A stretch of 54,358 bases of DNA from Trichomonas gallinae (lineage: Eukaryota). A program made the position numbers and the translations under genes. Of the stretch, positions 51,548 to 54,358 are shown in pieces. The stretch lies in NCBI GenBank assembly GCA_008369845.1, contig MRSU01008052.1:1-54358 (forward strand), given 5' to 3'. Each line of letters opens with the position of its first letter. Within the stretch, counting starts at the first letter, position 1. The notes below the pieces were generated by a model, which saw only the letters and a list, made by a program, of their open reading frames with translations, was not told the origin of the DNA and did no database searches.

Positions 51548-53617
51548 TTAATCAGATTTCCGCATCATTTTGAGCAGTTCGTTAACAGAGTAGATGGAAT
51601 CAGCATTTTGAAGGATGCTGGAGTTGTCTGGCTCCGGAATTGGCGGCAAATCGATTTTCCAAAGTGGAGAATTAGAAAATTCATCAAAAGCAGAAGAAGA
51701 ACCGGAATAAAGGTCCACAGGTGAAATATCAGGCTCTTCTTCGATGTCGGTCAAAGGCTCTGTTGATTTTCCTCCATTTACAGCGGATTTCCAAATTTGC
51801 CGCAATTTTGTGACATTTGATGCCGAAATTCCATTCATGTTCCTCAATCTCGCTATTTCATTGAATGGCCACTCAACATCAATTGGAATTCCTCTCTGCG
51901 ACAGCTTTTGCATAAATAATTGCAAAGTGTCGAAATTAACGCCAAGGGCGCCATCATATTTAACCCTTTTGATCTTCTTGTTCTGAGAGAGCATGTTTGC
52001 TAGGCTAATTAACCCGCTATCTCCTAATGGTTGTCCAGATAAATCCAAACTCGTTAATCCATTGTTGCTGACCAAAATGTCAATGAACCTTGAAATGCTG
52101 GAATCACATTTCATGCCTTCATCAACAGATCTCATGATTAATTCTGAAATATAATTATTTGATTTCATTAATTCAGCGAAATTCGCGACCATGATGCCAG
52201 ATGTTTGCGCTGTATAGCATCCATCGAGCTGCAGTGTGCTTAAATTCTGCGAACTGGCGCAAAATTGGAGAAAAACTGGATGAACTTGGTTTCCGGACCA
52301 ATTTATCGACTTAATTGATTTTGCAGGTGATGCACAATAAGCCTGGAAGAAGGAATGCCAAACTTGAGGGCCTGCTTGCGAATAGCTAAGATCCATAGAA
52401 ATGTAATCATTTTGCGGAGAATGATTGAGAATTCTGCACCACATGGATATGAAGCTGTAATTATCCCATCTAATGTGTGAGAATGTGAAGTTCGAAATCG
52501 AAGCGGAAATCGGAATTTTGTCCAATTCTTTTCCAATAACAGTACCTCCATCGACAATGATGCCACAAAGATTGTTATTCGATAAATAAGGGAACAGGGA
52601 GTCAACAACAACCTGGCAATTGTGAAATTCAAAAGTTTTAACCGATTTAAATGATTTCATCAATAAATCAGCTGGAATTGTTGGCATATCTCTGATACAG
52701 ATAGAATCAAGTGATTTAATAGCATCACATTTCGATAATTCTGTAATAAATTTGTCTTGAAATGAAACATCTACAGCATCAATGAGAGTTAGTCTAGAAA
52801 TCTTACGACAACCAGCTAATTGAATGAAATATGAGATATTATCAGCATTAATTGAGCTTTTCATAAACGTTAAGCCTTGAACTTTCGATTCTTTGTTATT
52901 TGCAAGGGCATTGACGACATGTGAGACTTGATTTGTTAGTTTTTCTGTAAATGTAAGTGTTTCGAAATGTTTAAATGATTTAACGAAAGGAATAATAATA
53001 TTCCAATTTGTATTATTTTCAGAAGGAGGGAAAACTACCTCTTTGAAACAATTTGCATCAACAAATGCCTCTAAAACATCTCCAAGATATCTATCAGAGC
53101 AATGAACCTTGTTTAAATCCAAAATTGGCGAATTTTGTCTGATTGCAGTCTCAATCTCGTTGATTAGATATTGCGGCGCTGATATTCCACGCTTGAACAG
53201 TGAGTATTTGAACTTGTAGAGGTTCCAAAGCGGTGTAGGACTTTGTGGTTTGATTCTGTCTGAATCAAGCCTACATTTTCCTCCTAAACGCATACAGCAA
53301 GTATGCATCGTAAGGCACACGTGAATAGCGTTCTGAATTTCAAATTCGACGACAGTTTTGGAAGTTTTTGCTGTTATTCTTAAATCTGATGTTGATAGAA
53401 CAAATAACTCATCCCAATAGAATCTCTCTGCTATTTGTAGGTCAGATTCGTGTGAGATTTTCTCCAAAATGATGAATTCATATTCAGTTGCCAATAAACA
53501 GGCTTTTATCGCCTTTCCATTGACAAGGTGAGTGATTTTCATGCAGCCAAGAACAAGCTCATTGCCAATTTTGGAAATCGGCTTCACTCTCGCTAAAACT
53601 TTTTCATTTTTATTCAT
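51548..53617 (-). CDS. Leucine-rich repeat protein (RNI-like; CARMIL-like PH+LRR layout)
   Basis: ATG at 53617; LTSLDLSGQPLGDSG, MDLSYS, INWSGN and LQLDG repeats after a PH-like N-terminus. Confidence 0.8.
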   Translation of the reverse strand: MNKNEKVLARVKPISKIGNELVLGCMKITHLVNGKAIKACLLATEYEFIILEKISHESDLQIAERFYWDELFVLSTSDLRITAKTSKTVVEFEIQNAIHVCLTMHTCCMRLGGKCRLDSDRIKPQSPTPLWNLYKFKYSLFKRGISAPQYLINEIETAIRQNSPILDLNKVHCSDRYLGDVLEAFVDANCFKEVVFPPSENNTNWNIIIPFVKSFKHFETLTFTEKLTNQVSHVVNALANNKESKVQGLTFMKSSINADNISYFIQLAGCRKISRLTLIDAVDVSFQDKFITELSKCDAIKSLDSICIRDMPTIPADLLMKSFKSVKTFEFHNCQVVVDSLFPYLSNNNLCGIIVDGGTVIGKELDKIPISASISNFTFSHIRWDNYSFISMWCRILNHSPQNDYISMDLSYSQAGPQVWHSFFQAYCASPAKSIKSINWSGNQVHPVFLQFCASSQNLSTLQLDGCYTAQTSGIMVANFAELMKSNNYISELIMRSVDEGMKCDSSISRFIDILVSNNGLTSLDLSGQPLGDSGLISLANMLSQNKKIKRVKYDGALGVNFDTLQLFMQKLSQRGIPIDVEWPFNEIARLRNMNGISASNVTKLRQIWKSAVNGGKSTEPLTDIEEEPDISPVDLYSGSSSAFDEFSNSPLWKIDLPPIPEPDNSSILQNADSIYSVNELLKMMRKSD

Positions 53618-53699
53618 CCTATGATTTGTCACGTTTTAGGAAATTACAAATAAAAATGTCATGTAAATATATTTATTGTCAAAATTATTCTATGATTTG

Positions 53700-54251
53700 T
53701 CATGTAAAATATTTATGTATAACATTGTATCTCCTAAATATATCCTTGATTTCATTATCTCCTTTGCCATAGGCTGTTCGTCCCCATTTATCTTTTATGT
53801 TCGTAATGATTCCATTTTGTTGTAATAGAAATTCAATTACTGGTTTATTGCGAATTGATGATGCATAATGTAGTGCAGTTTTAGCAGTATTATCAGTTTC
53901 ATTGATATCAACAAACTGAAGACTGTATTTAATACATTCAACATTAGTACTACTATTAGAGCAGAAGCAGTGCAAAATGTTCTTCCCATCATTATCTCTT
54001 GCTGATACATTTGCGCCATACTTGACAAGCATTTTTACAAGATCAAAATTATTATTATCGGCAGCCCATAGAATTGGAGTCTTACCATATCTAGATTTTC
54101 TCTCAAGAAGTTTTTCTTGAGCAGCATATATAAATGGGACCTCGTCGTTTGATGAGCATGAATCTTTGAGAATATCGTAAAATTTATCAAAATCATTTAA
54201 ATTTTCATTGTTTAATTCTTTCATTTCAATAATTTTTGGATGATTTATCAT
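53700..54251 (-). CDS. Ankyrin-repeat protein (5' end abuts a probable transposon end)
   Basis: GKTPILWAA...LVKYGANV, GKNILH, KTALHYAS and GRTA repeats. The first ATG outside the GC-rich terminal block is at 54251. Confidence 0.85.
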   Translation of the reverse strand: MINHPKIIEMKELNNENLNDFDKFYDILKDSCSSNDEVPFIYAAQEKLLERKSRYGKTPILWAADNNNFDLVKMLVKYGANVSARDNDGKNILHCFCSNSSTNVECIKYSLQFVDINETDNTAKTALHYASSIRNKPVIEFLLQQNGIITNIKDKWGRTAYGKGDNEIKDIFRRYNVIHKYFT

Positions 54252-54269
54252 TGCATAGTCAGATGTTAT

Positions 54270-54358
54270 GGATAACGGTAAGGATGTCGCAATGTAACCC
54301 ACCCACCTGTTTTGCGATACCCCAGGGGGAAAAGTGGGTTACCAGTGGGTTACCTGTC
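54270..54358. mobile_element. Probable terminus of a DNA transposon (possibly Mutator-like), truncated by the window edge
   Basis: Abrupt GC increase from GGATAACGG. GTAACCCAC (54294) has inverted copies GTGGGTTAC at 54334 and 54345, and TCGCAA/TTGCGA is also inverted. This looks like subterminal transposase-binding repeats. Confidence 0.45.

Overview
AT-rich, gene-dense eukaryotic DNA with no introns that I could detect. It most likely comes from Trichomonas vaginalis or a close parabasalid: it has an IBD (initiator-binding domain) gene, a GP63-like surface protease, ankyrin genes, and Inr/AAAGTGAC-type promoter motifs. About 25 protein genes are present. They include GCP4-like, RIC1-like, NEK and CAMK-type kinases, a 1804-aa coiled-coil protein, Vti1 SNARE, a steroid 5-alpha-reductase family protein, a karyopherin-like protein, an FPP-synthase-family prenyltransferase, CK2 beta, a GT31 glycosyltransferase, V-ATPase d, a Chs7-like chaperone, WDR13-like, UPF0390, a SUT/SLC45 transporter, GP63, P58IPK, a Grp170-like Hsp70, OST48, IBD, UBR1, a mucin-like membrane protein, an LRR protein and an ankyrin protein. 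There is also one tRNA-Met(CAT) and probable transposon ends at both window edges. Most notable: (1) a NAA25/MDM20 gene broken by one in-frame TGA and a +1 homopolymer frameshift; (2) an indel-free, highly diverged non-coding 123-bp tandem array; (3) a recurrent intergenic motif TTACATG(T/A/G)CA in more than 20 copies, often clustered; (4) a protist homologue of the supposedly fungal chitin-synthase chaperone Chs7; (5) a prenyltransferase lacking the aromatic chain-length gate; (6) a tRNA-Met with mixed initiator and elongator features. All family assignments come from motif recognition by eye, not from database searches.
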